Positions 11,692 through 23,655 are shown, counted from the stretch's first letter. The stretch: DNA of 64,000 bases from Dudresnaya verticillata (GCA_977862235.1 OZ374559.1:1860001-1924000); one strand, 5' to 3'. Program-made: numbers and translations. Notes: generated by a model from the letters alone, not told the origin.

Positions 11692-11725
<34 letters not shown>

Positions 11726-11839
11726 GTGCGGCGCGGCGCCCGCGGCCGCCGGCGGCGCGTGCAGCAGGTAGCGCAGGTGCGCCTTGGCCTCTGCCGGCGA
11801 CGGCGCCGAGTGCGCGCGCGCGGCCGGCGGGAACGACAT
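10637..11839 (-). CDS. bZIP transcription factor
   Basis: KRELRRMKNRISAARSRQRK basic region followed by L/hydrophobic heptads. Pro/His-rich N-terminus. Likely start MSFPPAA at 11839. Confidence 0.9.
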
Positions 11840-11883
11840 GGCGGCGGCGGAGCGGCGCGGAGGGCGGCGGAGCGTGTGTAGCC

Positions 11884-11923
<40 letters not shown>

Positions 11924-12096
11924 AGACGGGCGCGGGCGGCGGCGGAGGCGGAGGCGGCGCGCGGTGGCGAAGGCGGCGCGCGGTGGCGAAGGCGGCGCGC
12001 GGTGGCGAAGGCGGCGCGCGCGCGCGCGCGCGTCGCGTCCGGAGGCCGCGCGCGCCGCCGAGATCGCCGCGTGCGCAGCCACGTGGCGCGGCTTAC

Positions 12097-12292
12097 ATCG
12101 CAATTGGCGCATCGCGATGGGCGCATCGCGATGGGGGTATCGCGATGCGGGCATCGCGATGGGGGAATCGCGATGACGCCATCGCGATGGCGCCATCGCG
12201 ATGCAGCCATCGCGATCCCAGCATCGCGATCACCACGCATCGCGATCACAGCGCATCGCGATCCCCGCGCATCGCGATCACAGCATCGCGAT
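12097..12292. repeat. Array of 13 palindromic ATCGCGAT motifs with 6-8 bp variable spacers
   Basis: Motifs at 12111, 12125, 12139, 12153, 12167, 12181, 12195, 12209, 12223, 12239, 12255, 12271 and 12285, plus degenerate ATCGCAAT at 12097. Confidence 0.92.
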
Positions 12293-12777
12293 CTCCGATC
12301 ACCCGCCGATCACCGAGCGCCACCAGCGACCCGCAGCGCGCCGCGGTGGAGCGCGCCCGCGCGCGCGCGCGCATCGGCGCGTCCGGAGGCCGCGCGCGCC
12401 GCCGATATGGCGCGCTGCTCGCGCCGTGCGCGCGCCGCCGCGCTGCTTGTCCCTCGCGGTCGCGCCGCCGTCGCCACCACCGCGACCCTTTGCGCGCGCC
12501 GCATCCGCCGCATCCGCCGCATCGGCAGCCGCATCGGCATCCGCGTCGCCGCCCGCCGCCGCGCCCACGCGGATCGCCATGCTGCCGCGCGCGTACAAAG
12601 CCCGCGCGCCGCCGCGCCGCCGCGGTGGAGCCGCCACCGCCACCGCCGCCGCCGCCGCCACCGCCCGTCTTCGCCGCCGCCGCCGCCGCCGCCGCCGCGC
12701 CTACACACGCACCGCCGCCCTCCACCGCCCGCACCCTCCCACCCCCGCCCCCGCCACCACCACGCCCCCCCCCCGCA

Positions 12778-12911
12778 ATGTCGTCCGCAGAGAACAAGGA
12801 CCTGCTCGCCAACATGTTCTCCTCGTTCGTCGCGCGCAAGACCCGCCTCGTCTCGCCGAGCGCGCCGCGCGCGCACGCGCCGCCGGTGCTGCCGCCCGTG
12901 CTGCGCTTCTC

Positions 12912-12990
<79 letters not shown>

Positions 12991-13866
12991 GTCCCCGCGC
13001 ACCACCACCACCACCACCACCACCACCACAACCCCCACCACGCCGCCACCGCCGCCGCCACCGCCGCCGCGCCGCCTCCCGCCGCGGTCTCGCACTCGCG
13101 CACGCGGTCGCACTCGCGGTCGCACTCGCCGTCGCCGGCCGAGAAGCGGTCGCGCCCGGCGCCGCGCGCGCCGGCCGCGCCGCCGCAGCAGCCGCACCGG
13201 CGCCGCCACAACGGCGCGGGCGCTGCGTCGGCGCGCAGCAGCCGCGTGTCGGCGTCGACGTCGCGCCGCGCGGCCGCGCGCGCGCCGCGCGCGGTGCCGC
13301 CCAGCTCGGTGCGGCCGGCCGGCGCGCGCAGCCACACGTCGGTCGAGGCCATCGCCACCGACTCCACGGCCGTGCCCAAGCCGTTCCACTGCGAAAAGTG
13401 CTCGTCGGCGTTCCGCCAGCGCTCGCAGCTCAGCCGCCACTTTCTGCGCGTGCACGAGCGCCAGAAGCCGTTTGCTTGCGCGCACTGCGACAAGTGCTTT
13501 GCGTCGGCGTTTGACCGCAAGCGCCATGTCGAGGTACGTGTCTTCTCTCCTGTTTGTTGTTGTTGTTCTTTCTTCTTCTTCCTCTTCTTCATCTTCTTTC
13601 TTGCAAGTTCAAGCGGGACGCTCACACCAAACCACACACACACACACTCTCTCTCTCTCTCTTGCGAAAAACAGGCGGTGCATGGACGGCGGTGCATCGA
13701 GTTCTTCTGCGATCGGTGCCCCTTCCGCACAAAGGCCGAGCACGAGCTGTCGACCCACATCCGCACCACGCACGAGCGCGACCAGTGCCGCCTGTGCGGA
13801 AAGGTCTTCAAGCGCCCGGCAAACCTCCTTGCCCACGAGCGCCACTACCACTCACGCATGGAGTAA
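12778..13866 (+). CDS. C2H2 zinc-finger protein (4 fingers), exons 12778-13533 and 13675-13866
   Basis: MSSAENK start. Fingers FHCEKC..HFLRVH, FACAHC..HVE/AVH, FCDRC..HIRTTH and CRLC..HERHYH. Removing GTACGT...AAACAG (13534-13674) completes finger 2. Confidence 0.9.
13534..13674 (+). other. Spliceosomal GT-AG intron, 141 bp
   Basis: GAG|GTACGT donor, GCTCAC branch-like site at 13620, ACAG acceptor. Low-complexity content. Confidence 0.85.
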
Positions 13867-13955
13867 CCGCTTGCGCCGAACAAGTAGCGCTTGCGCAGGA
13901 CAAGTACCGCCAGCTACACCGCCGCCGCCTACCGCCATCCCGCCCCTGGCACGCA

Positions 13956-13970
13956 CTCTCTCTCTCTCCC

Positions 13971-14038
<68 letters not shown>

Positions 14039-14040
14039 TC
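13956..14040. repeat. (CT)n microsatellite
   Basis: Direct inspection. Confidence 0.95.
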
Positions 14041-14306
14041 CCGCGCCGTCCTAGCAACCTACCGTAGCAAACTGCGTCGCATGCGAATCACGTACCCGCG
14101 CCTACTGCTTTGGAAGTTTGGGACATTGCTTGGCTGTTGTTAGCAGCAGCGTCAGCGTCAGCGTCAGCGTCATCGCGTCGCGACGCGTCGCGCAGGTTTG
14201 GCGCGGCCACTCTTCGCCCTGTTTGCTTGTTTGTTTGGCGTAGCTGGTGATTATCGATGATTGTGTCTCGAGCTACGTGCTTGTTTGTTTGCACGCGCGC
14301 TCATTG

Positions 14307-14335
14307 ACACACACACACACACACACACATACACA
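14307..14335. repeat. (CA)n microsatellite
   Basis: Direct inspection. Confidence 0.9.
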
Positions 14336-16414
14336 TGAGTCTCTCTAGGATAACACAAAAAGACTAACTACTATCGACCAGGACCAGCTGTTCAACACCA
14401 GAGGCGCACATGCCCACTCAGTCAGTCTGCAAACTCCATTTGAAGAGCACACGCGCATTCCCGGAGCCGTACGGTATACACCGCATGCTGACATTGTCAC
14501 CTCCGAGCCCGAGCAGTCTGTCCCCGTCATGCCCACACGCACACACACACACTCACAAACACACAAACACTCATCGTACTGCCCTCCGCGTCTATACAGC
14601 CGCGCCCTTCACTCCTTCCTCCGACTCACAGACCATACACTTTGGCTCTCCCCCCAAAACGTCGCCGCCCCTCACTGGACGCTACCACAACTCCCATCCC
14701 CCACGCCCGCCGCGCCCTACTGCACCTTCCCCTCCGTGTTAACCACCGCGTCGTTTGTACTCGCACGCGCGCGCCGCGTGCACGCGCGTGCACAAGTCTG
14801 GAGCGGACGCGCACTGCCAATTCGCGCGGCGCAATTGCGCGTCGACACGGTGGCAAGTCGACACCAGCCCACGTTTGGCCGGCATCGCCGCGGAGCAACC
14901 AAACCTCCGCGCGGTGCACCCCCCCTCCCCTCGCAGTCGCAACCCGTGCAAAGCGCGCGCCGCGTCAACCTCCACCATCGCACCCCCACCACCACCGCCG
15001 CGTGCCAAGCTCCGCGGCCACGCGCGCAGACGTGACGCAGTCTGCGCTTTGCGCGCGCACCTCCTCGCTATCCCACCCCGCGCGAGCCAACGCCCGCCTG
15101 TCCGCGCCGCCACTGCGCAGACCGCGCTTTGGTATGTATGTAGCGCAGCGCGCGCCAGCGAGCGAGCGCCGAAAATAGTTTGTCGCCGTCTCGTCTCGGC
15201 GCGGCGCGGCGCGTAGCCAAGCGGTAACAGTTCGTATGTATTGCGCGTGTTTCCGCGTGCAACACCCGCGGGCCACGCGCGCGCAGTTTGTTCCATTCCC
15301 CGTTCCGCCGCTCCAACTTTATTACTACGCGCAACACAAACGGCACCGCCGCCCGCACCGGTGCACCCGCGCGGTGCAGCGCGCGCGCCGCCGCCGCCGT
15401 CGTGTCGGCGCGGTGCGGAGCGGAGCGCGCAGCGTTGCAAGCTCGCGCGCAGCGCACCTCATTATTCCAGGACGGCGCGCTCCGCGTGGCACATATGCGC
15501 TTCTTGGAACGTGCGGCCTCCGCCGTTCCGCCGCGCCGCCGCGCCGCCTGTTGCACACCAGCGCCGCCCGCGACCAAGCTCCGCCGCCAAAACTGCAGTC
15601 GCTACGCTAAACCGATCACATGCCGCCCATCCACGCCACCTCGCGCGCGCCGCAGCAGCAGGACACGTCTGCGCGTGGCGCGGGATGCGATGCGGCGTCG
15701 ACGTCGACAAGCCAAGCTGCTCGGCTGTTGCGGGCGGCTGGCTGAGTACCGCGTGCGCTGTGGATAGCATACTGCACGCAGCGATCGCAGCGATCGCAGC
15801 AGCGCTGCGCGGCTGCCAAACGTGTCCGGCGCCGCCGCGCTCGCCGCCAAAACCTCTCAAGCCGATGCGCCAGCGCTTCTGCAGCAAAGTGTGGCAGCAG
15901 CAAAGAGGCACTCGCGCACCGCACCACCGTCCGTGCCGCGGGCAATGCGCATGTGCCGAATGCGCCCCAGTCTGCCACTTTGCACGAGATCGCGCGTCGA
16001 AACGCTGGACAAGCTGCCCTTCTTCTCATCATACCATCGTCCGCGGGTCTTCCGCCCCCGCCTTACGCTCATCCCATTGGGATCAAGCATCCCACCCTCG
16101 ATTCTATCCGCCCCACCGCGTTTTCGCGCAGTCGCTCGCAGTCTCGCGTACGAACGCCTCTGCAGTGTCACGCAAACAATTGCAGCTTATATAGCACTCC
16201 CACCGGCCCCGATCCCACAACTCTCTCTCTCTCACTCACTCACTCACTCACTCACTCACTCCCATCCCCAACAACCGCAGTGAGCTCCATCCCAAAGCCC
16301 CCAAAGCACAGCCCCAGCATCAGCCCCAGCTCCCCCGAGCCCTCCCATCTACATCGCGCCCTCACCCAATTCATCACCTCTCGCACTCACCTTGACATCA
16401 TCGCAACCTCAAGA

Positions 16415-17446
16415 ATGAATCGCTTCTCCATCCTCGCCCTCCTTAGTGCTGTACTGATCTGCTCCCAGCAGTCAACCTCACAAGCTGCCTATCTACGCAT
16501 CTACGGCGCTGGTGTCACGGGAGGCATCGGCAAGTGGCCAAAGGGCCCTGTCATTCGCGGCGTGAGGACAATCTGCCCACAGACTACGTTTGGCGGCAAG
16601 TTTACTATCGTCTGCGTTCCGAGCAGGGGCGGTGCAAGGTGGGCGAAATTCGCCGTCAACGACAACATGGTGCAGCGCGAGAACTTCCGCCCGTACGCCA
16701 TCGCAGGCGACTTGCGGAACGGAAAGGCCAACCCGTGGAGTTACCCGACGACCAAGGCCAAGATCAGCTGCGCTTTGAGCAACGGTGAGAAGGCTTCCGC
16801 CGAGTTGCGCTTCGCCTGTGGTCGCTCCAAACCGCGACCGCCCACCACGACGTCGACCCCGAAGCCAACTACCCCGAAGAAGACGGCGGCGCCACCGGCG
16901 CCACCGGCGCCACCGGCTACTAAGGGCACATGTGTGAACATCAAGGCCACGCCGGGCCAGAAGAAGGGCAAAGGATGGACATTTGTCCTCGGCGGGCTGG
17001 GATTCAAGTGGGGTGACCGCCGAGGCTCAATTGACCGCGCTGGAGCATCGGTGATTGAGTTTAGCTTTGTTGCACCCGCAACGTCTCGCTTCTCACTCAG
17101 CGTTGACATGCTGACCAGCCACGGTGTGGATCACAATGATATTTGGATTAAGTTCCCTTCTGGCGGTTTCACGCTCCTGCGTAGCAATTCGCGACCGCTG
17201 CAGTCCAAGGGATGGACCAAGGTGTACCACAATGCACGATCAAGGAAGGTTGCGGCTTTTTCCGTGGACTTTAAGCCACATGTGTTCTCGACGACAGATG
17301 TGCTGAAGAAGGGCTCGAAGTATACGGTCCAGGTGAGCGGCAGGAGTACAAGGGTGATTGTGTACGCAATCGTGATGTTCCCTTGCAATGGGGGCTCTTG
17401 CTATCCGGGACCTGCTTTCAACAACGGGATCAACAGATGCTCGTAG
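16415..17446 (+). CDS. Secreted modular protein (paralog 3)
   Basis: Signal peptide MNRFSILALLSAVLICSQQSTSQA. N-domain motif ENFRPYAIAGD, P/T/K linker, C-domain motifs HNDIW..GWTKVYHN..SGRS. TATATA at 16188 and the same AAGA-ATG context as paralogs 1 and 2. Confidence 0.88.
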   Translation: MNRFSILALLSAVLICSQQSTSQAAYLRIYGAGVTGGIGKWPKGPVIRGVRTICPQTTFGGKFTIVCVPSRGGARWAKFAVNDNMVQRENFRPYAIAGDLRNGKANPWSYPTTKAKISCALSNGEKASAELRFACGRSKPRPPTTTSTPKPTTPKKTAAPPAPPAPPATKGTCVNIKATPGQKKGKGWTFVLGGLGFKWGDRRGSIDRAGASVIEFSFVAPATSRFSLSVDMLTSHGVDHNDIWIKFPSGGFTLLRSNSRPLQSKGWTKVYHNARSRKVAAFSVDFKPHVFSTTDVLKKGSKYTVQVSGRSTRVIVYAIVMFPCNGGSCYPGPAFNNGINRCS

Positions 17447-18496
17447 GTCTATGCGGTAGAAGAAGGACGATTTGAATATCTTGCACAGTCCGCTTATGAC
17501 TGAAGCGCAAACACACACGAGCAGAAGAGGGATCTCAGACCTCGCCGAGACGAGGAGGGTGTAGGATGGTAGTAGTAGAGGTACGACACTTGTCGGTGGT
17601 GATCCAACAAGAGCTTGGTTCTAGAATAATATTTTCGAGTCGAAGATTGTACATAACGTAAAAGAGGTTGGCATCGCGGAGAACTGAAATGCCATTGCTT
17701 TGCGGAATCTTCTCATGCAATGCATATGGAGAGCGTTCGCAATGCAAAGCCTGCAAAGTGTGCAAGGCGCACGGTGTGCTCTACTAGCATAAGGCACAGT
17801 ATTAAAGAGTCCTAAAAGTGCACACACAAGTTGTCTATGGACTTGAGGCGCGCCCTGACAACAACGTTGGGCGGGTAAGGCTGTAAAAGATATGACTTTA
17901 TGTGTCTGTCGCACGTAGTGTATCGCACCAGTGGTCTGCCATTCTTATAAAGCGAACTCGTCTCTAGCGACGACGCAGTAAATTTACGTGGCTCCACCGC
18001 GGCCCTGGCCTGCGCAACACTTGTCCCCCGTGCCCGTCCTGTCCAGCATTGCGCGCGCGCCCCTCCTCTTGTGCAAAGCTTCCGCGAAGGCGCGCCAGCG
18101 CCTTTCCATGCCGACTGCGATACGTGTTCGCATTCGGCGGCGCAGCGCGTTGCAGCGCACTTTGCAACCAAACGGCCAACGAATAAACTCACAAAGGCCA
18201 AGGCGCGCGCGCACGTGCCAATTGCGCCAATTCAACGCATTGGCCGCGCGCAAAAACTGCGCGCTCTGACTCGCTCCACACTCCCCGCGCCTCGCGAGAA
18301 CGCGTCCGGCAACGCTCCTGCTCCGCCGCTGTGCAGCAGCTCAAACCGTACCGTTGAGCAGACGGCAGTGAGAAACAAAAACGCCGCCGCAGCGACGCAT
18401 CACGTATGCTGTATCATTTCCGTTGTCTGGAAATGATTGAGCAACTGTCTGTGCCGCAGTGTCAATGTCCAATGTCCATCCCTTCGGTCCACGGAA

Positions 18497-19835
18497 AAGT
18501 CGTTGGTAACATATCTCTACCGCTGCGTGCGACATTCGGTAATGCTGTAGACGAGAGGAAAGATTGTGGCAACAAAAGGAAACGGCAGCAGAAGTGCAGC
18601 ACAAACCTCTACTCAATACTACAAACCCTTTCACGAGCACGAGCACTTGATCACGAGGGTGGAACTACTAAAGGAACACAATAGGTTGCGACCTTTAAAG
18701 CAAATATCATCGCACTATGGAACAAGTCGTTGGTAAGATATCTTTACCGCTGTGTGTGATCTTCGGTTTTGCTGCAGACGACAGCAAATATTGTTGCATC
18801 AAAGGAAAAGGCAACATAAGTGCAGCGCTAACCTTTACTCAATCCTACAAATCCTTTCACGAGCGCTTGATCACGACGGTGGAACTAAAGGAACACAATA
18901 GGTTGCGACGTTTAGCGCAAATATCATCACACCATAGAACAAGTCGTTGGTAAGACATCGTTACCGCTATCGCTGTTTGTGATCTTCGGCATTGCTGCAG
19001 ACGACAGCAAATATTTTTGCAACGAAGGAAACCGCAGCATAAGTTCAGAACAACCGTTATTCAAGCATGCAGACAAACAAACCCTTTTACGATCTAGCCC
19101 TCGAGGACTTGATCACGAGGGTGGAACGTAGATGGGGAAATAGAGTGCCTCGATTAAAGCAAACAAATATCAACACACCATAGAACATACAACAAGTCGT
19201 TGGTAACGTCGTATCTCTACCGCTATGTGTCATACTCAGTAATGCTACAGACGAAAGGAAAGGGTCTTGCAACGAAGGAAGGGGTAGGATAGGTGTAGCA
19301 GAATCCTTATTCAAGACTACAGGCAGACCCTTTACCAGGAATTTATCTCAACGATGGAATGCAGGTGGGGGGGAATCGTTTGCGACGAATAACGCAAATA
19401 TCAACACATTGTAAGTCGGTGGTAACATATCTTTACCACTGTGTGCGAGATTCCATAATTCTGTAGACACAAGGAGAGGGTGTTACAACAAAGGAAACGG
19501 TATGATATTTGTAGTAGAGCCGGTACTCAAGTCTACACACTATAATCCTTTCCGAAAGGCTTTATCTCGAGGGTCAAATGCAGCTGAGATTACCTTACGA
19601 GACGATTTAAAGTGCGCCAGTATCGCCGACGATGGCCTATGAGCCGGCACACTACAATGTAACCCTACTACGAGGGAGCAGCGGAGCGGCGGAGGCGAAA
19701 GCGTCATGCGTGTTGCGGAGGCCAGTTCGCCAGATATTCTCAATGCTGTGAGAAATTCTATCGATAGTACGAACATGAAGGTGAGTCTGGAATGCAGGTG
19801 AGGGGAGCTATTAACACAAAATATCATCACCCGGT
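18497..19835. repeat. Degenerate tandem repeat, about 217-253 bp unit x5 plus a partial
   Basis: AAGTCG(T/G)TGGTAA at 18497, 18724, 18941, 19194 and 19413. Unit-end motif GGAATGCAGGTG..CAAAATATCA recurs at about 19790-19830. Confidence 0.85.
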
Positions 19836-20700
19836 AAAGCAAGGGGCGTGAGGAACATTAAGAGAGTATCTTTTCAGCACGCGGGGAGGTCGCCTTCTTG
19901 ACGCCGACATAATCGACAATACGTTGAATTCCTGCTTAGATTCAAATCCCGTCATCGATCCTGCATACCTTGCAGAAAGTGAAGCTTTCCCCGATCGTGT
20001 GAGCTTTAGATCCGATCATAAATATCAATAACCATGGCATGGATAAGTGGTGCGGAACTGCACCCCTTCCAGCATTCCAACTTCTTATACGGAGCGATGT
20101 TCAGAAGCAATCTGATCTCTCCTCATATTGCTCTGCAGTACTGTGTTGAATTGCAATTCTTCCGACTTTCAAAGTACTGCGTGTATTTTGTACTTACAAT
20201 TGTCATGCTGTTCATGTAACAGGAGCAGCGTGATCGATACCCGTCTATCCAACGGTACGCCTCCGGTATGCTAGCGTGGAGCTGCTGCCGTGCAGCTAGT
20301 GCCCTTTGTACATGCTGGCATCGTGTAGTCTGAAGGCAAAACCGGTGACTTCAGTGGTATATAAGTACGTCAATGACCAGTTTAGAGAAAAGGGGGCAGT
20401 TTACTTCCAGAGAAAACATTTCGTTCAGTAAACCTGTTGCTAGGTCTGTCTCGTGGCGGAGCAGCATGCCCGGTCCAACTATACTCCGTTTTGCTCCGTT
20501 TCAGTTTGTCTCGAAAGTAGTCCGGGTCCTTTGACCACTTCTCCGTAATAGAACCCTATGTACAAAGCTGACTTTCTAATGAAGATCCGGAAAATATTAG
20601 ATTAAAGCTTTATAGCTATCGATGCATGAACTCTGCAATGGTAGTGTCCTTGTGGTTTGCAACTGGCACCCAAAAAGATGAAAAAGCCGAGTCATATCTT

Positions 20701-21987
20701 CTACTTCGCACACTTCTCGAGCCCAGCAGAGAAGTACTCCCCAGATGAACAAAGCTCTGCTCGGCAAGGGAACAAGATGATGCTGTAGAGGGTTACCTGG
20801 CTGCTCCTGCCAGCAACGTTAACAGAATACACCTCCCCACCATTCAAAACGTTCTTAGTAGTAAACTGGTGCGGAGCCCCATCCACCGAGTAAACTTTGA
20901 CATCCCTTCCATTCTCATTGTGATACGCTGTTGTCCATCCTGGAGAGTAAATCTCATTTCCATTTCGGGTGAGCCCGAAACCTCCGTATGGAAACTCTAC
21001 CCATACATCGTTGTGGTTTGATGTAGCTGAAGTTGTCATATCTAAGCTGAATACATAACGGGCCGTCTCCGGGGCGACAAAATAGAAATTTAGAGGTGAA
21101 GCACCCTCTGCCTCCTTTGAAAAGCTCGGGTCAAAAGGCTTGAACGCCATAGCACCACGGAGCTTCATCCAACCTGCAGAAGTAGAGTCAAATGATGTTG
21201 CTTGTATTTTTACGCAGTTCGTCCTCTCCGTTGTGGGGTACGCCGATGGTACCGTTGTTTGAGTGGGAGGTGGAGACGGCTGTGGGGCGGCACTCCCTAG
21301 AACGACGACGATGTAATCCGCATTTGGTGAAGCGGAGCTCGACAGAGAATACCTAGGCGTCATTGTCGGTACTTGGGAAATGACAATTTTGAACACGCTG
21401 GGGGAAGCAGTCGCAGAAGTCGATGCCTTCGGTGATGGCGAACCGAAAGGAGCTGCTGTAGCTGACGGGACCAGCGAAGCAGAAGCGGAGAACATTGGAG
21501 AGGGGAGAAGCTCGTCGATACCCTCGGCGGTTGGCATGGGTGTTACACCTGCATCGCATGCAAACTCTATGGTTGCCTGTACCTCTTCTCCATTCTCGAG
21601 GATACACTTGATAGTTGCCTTGACCGGGATTTCTTCCCATGCTGCTGCCTTTCCCTCGGTGTCACCGAACAACATGAATGGAATAAAGTATTCTACACGG
21701 ACGAAGGAATCATCAATATAGAACATTGCCCAGTTGGCTGCCCTGTCTGGAAGACACTGAACTGAAATTGAGCTGAACAGATCTGAAGGACAAAACCTGT
21801 TCGTTTCAGCAAGCGTTGGACCTGTTCTCCAGGAAGTTTCTCCACCTCGTTTGTTGGCTTCTATGATGCGAAGTAAGGCTCCATGGGAATGAGAGAGAAT
21901 GCAGGCCCATAGAATTGCAATGAATGTTGGTTTGAGAGTGAGAAGCATCGTTGAAGCAGAAGCAGAATGCTTGTCGAATAGGCTCAT
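20701..21987 (-). CDS. Secreted modular protein (paralog 4, divergent)
   Basis: 428-aa ORF. Hydrophobic signal, EYFIPFMLFGD N-domain motif, S/T/P linker, HNDVWVEFP..GWTTAYHN..AGRS C-domain. TATA run at 22086-22095. Confidence 0.85.
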   Translation of the reverse strand: MSLFDKHSASASTMLLTLKPTFIAILWACILSHSHGALLRIIEANKRGGETSWRTGPTLAETNRFCPSDLFSSISVQCLPDRAANWAMFYIDDSFVRVEYFIPFMLFGDTEGKAAAWEEIPVKATIKCILENGEEVQATIEFACDAGVTPMPTAEGIDELLPSPMFSASASLVPSATAAPFGSPSPKASTSATASPSVFKIVISQVPTMTPRYSLSSSASPNADYIVVVLGSAAPQPSPPPTQTTVPSAYPTTERTNCVKIQATSFDSTSAGWMKLRGAMAFKPFDPSFSKEAEGASPLNFYFVAPETARYVFSLDMTTSATSNHNDVWVEFPYGGFGLTRNGNEIYSPGWTTAYHNENGRDVKVYSVDGAPHQFTTKNVLNGGEVYSVNVAGRSSQVTLYSIILFPCRAELCSSGEYFSAGLEKCAK

Positions 21988-23655
21988 TCCAGTTGTGACT
22001 TGCAGGTGTGTTTGGGAAGAGCTTCAGGAGTGGGTCAAGCGCGTGCGCGTTAAACGCCGCAAAATCTTTCCGGGCTTGACATGTCTATATATATAGTATA
22101 CGTCACCACCTCCCCTCCAAGTGTGATGCAGGGCTACGGAATGCGGGCTGAAAACGACGCCGGAGAGAAGGATAGACTTTGACTAACGGCAAGTAGTAAG
22201 TTGCTGCCCAATGGAGCTTGCTGCAGATCAGCTGTGATTCTTGAAGTCAGAAGAATCTCAGACCATGTTCGAGCATGCCTGTCTCATTCGCAATTGAGGA
22301 GGTGTTATCTGTCACTTCTTGACTCATTGAGATTCATGCTGGTCGACAGGGAAAATTTGTCCGAAAGAGGCCCCCGTGAATATGAAGGGCTGCATTGAAT
22401 CTGCAAATAAAGACCAGAGGAATGATGGTTGATAGCCGGCCATAGGCCGCGAGCTGTAAATCCTTGTTGATGAACCACAAGGTCCTCATTTTTGGCTGTG
22501 GTGGGGAAAGGGACCGTTTAATTGTCCGTTTCCCGATGACTGGATCAAAGCCAGATACTGTAGGTTAAAAGCGAAGCTCGTAGACAACGAAACACATGCT
22601 CTACAAGCCGGGTCCCTTCTACTTCCTTGATGCAGAACGACACATTTATCTTTCTCTGCAGGCCTTGGCTGCCTTTCAATTTGCCTTTGTCAGAGAGAAC
22701 GTATTGTTCCACATGTCACACACATATTATGTGGTCATAGAGGATGGTATATTTGAGTTCAAGCCATGTTGAACAGACCGTGATCCGGAAACATTACCCC
22801 AAGCCCCATGGAGAGCAAACGGTCTATGTTCAGTGTTACCTTCCGAGATTGGCGTCATGTAAGCCCGTACGATTCCCACCATGTGGAAGGGCAACCCTGC
22901 CAGTGGCAGGCTGCCACAGTTAGTAAACTTAGAAGTGTGGAGGTACTGCGACCTTCCTTTTCATAGTGGCAATCCCGCTCCGAATATCTACTAAGCTAAA
23001 CCGAATTGCAGTTATTATTGCGCATTTTTGAATCTACCACCTTGGATAACAATGAAAATATATTCCCATGTTTCTAGCTTGTTAAACGTTGGATGATGTT
23101 TCTCTCATGCATGGATCTATACCAATGCCGATACCGTGGTATACTCTTCCTTCATATAGTTCGAACGTCGGCATACTCTCTGGAAAAATAATCGAAAAAC
23201 GAAGTCTGACAGGCTCGTGAAGCTATTTCTGTTTTCTGCTATTAACGTGGTCTGTAGCATGAATACAACTGCAGTGCTAGACGTAACATAAACGTAACAA
23301 AACAGCTAGTTCTATCAGACCGTAGTCGTGGACTGCTGGAATAATCGTAACAACATATCTCGTACGTAACTGCTCAACTGCTTGAACGATAAACAGTAAA
23401 TCAAATAGCTTGAGCGGCAGTGCTTGAACGTAAACAGAAAACAAATAGTAGCGGTTCAGCCATGAGTGAACAGCTCTTCAAGCCAAGTTATTCAAGTTTT
23501 ACAAGATATATAACAAGCCACACCAGACCAGAGTCGATATATACATTAACGACGCCCCTCTCATGTACCTTCCATGTCATCTGAGAGGTAATAAAGCCTC
23601 AGGCATGTCTGATCCTGAAAGCAAGCAATTCCTTTCGATATTGTAGATACAATAT

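Noticed and set aside
12097..12292. CRISPR-like repeat-spacer appearance
   Set aside because: Repeats (8 bp) and spacers (6-8 bp) are far too short, there are no cas genes, and the context is eukaryotic.
9589..16283. Many long overlapping Arg/Ala/Pro/Gly-rich ORFs
   Set aside because: Expected from extreme GC content; only the bZIP and C2H2 frames have domains.
15953..16414. N-terminal extension of the paralog 3 ORF
   Set aside because: Starts at a non-ATG codon and spans the TATA box and microsatellites; the signal peptide begins at ATG 16415.
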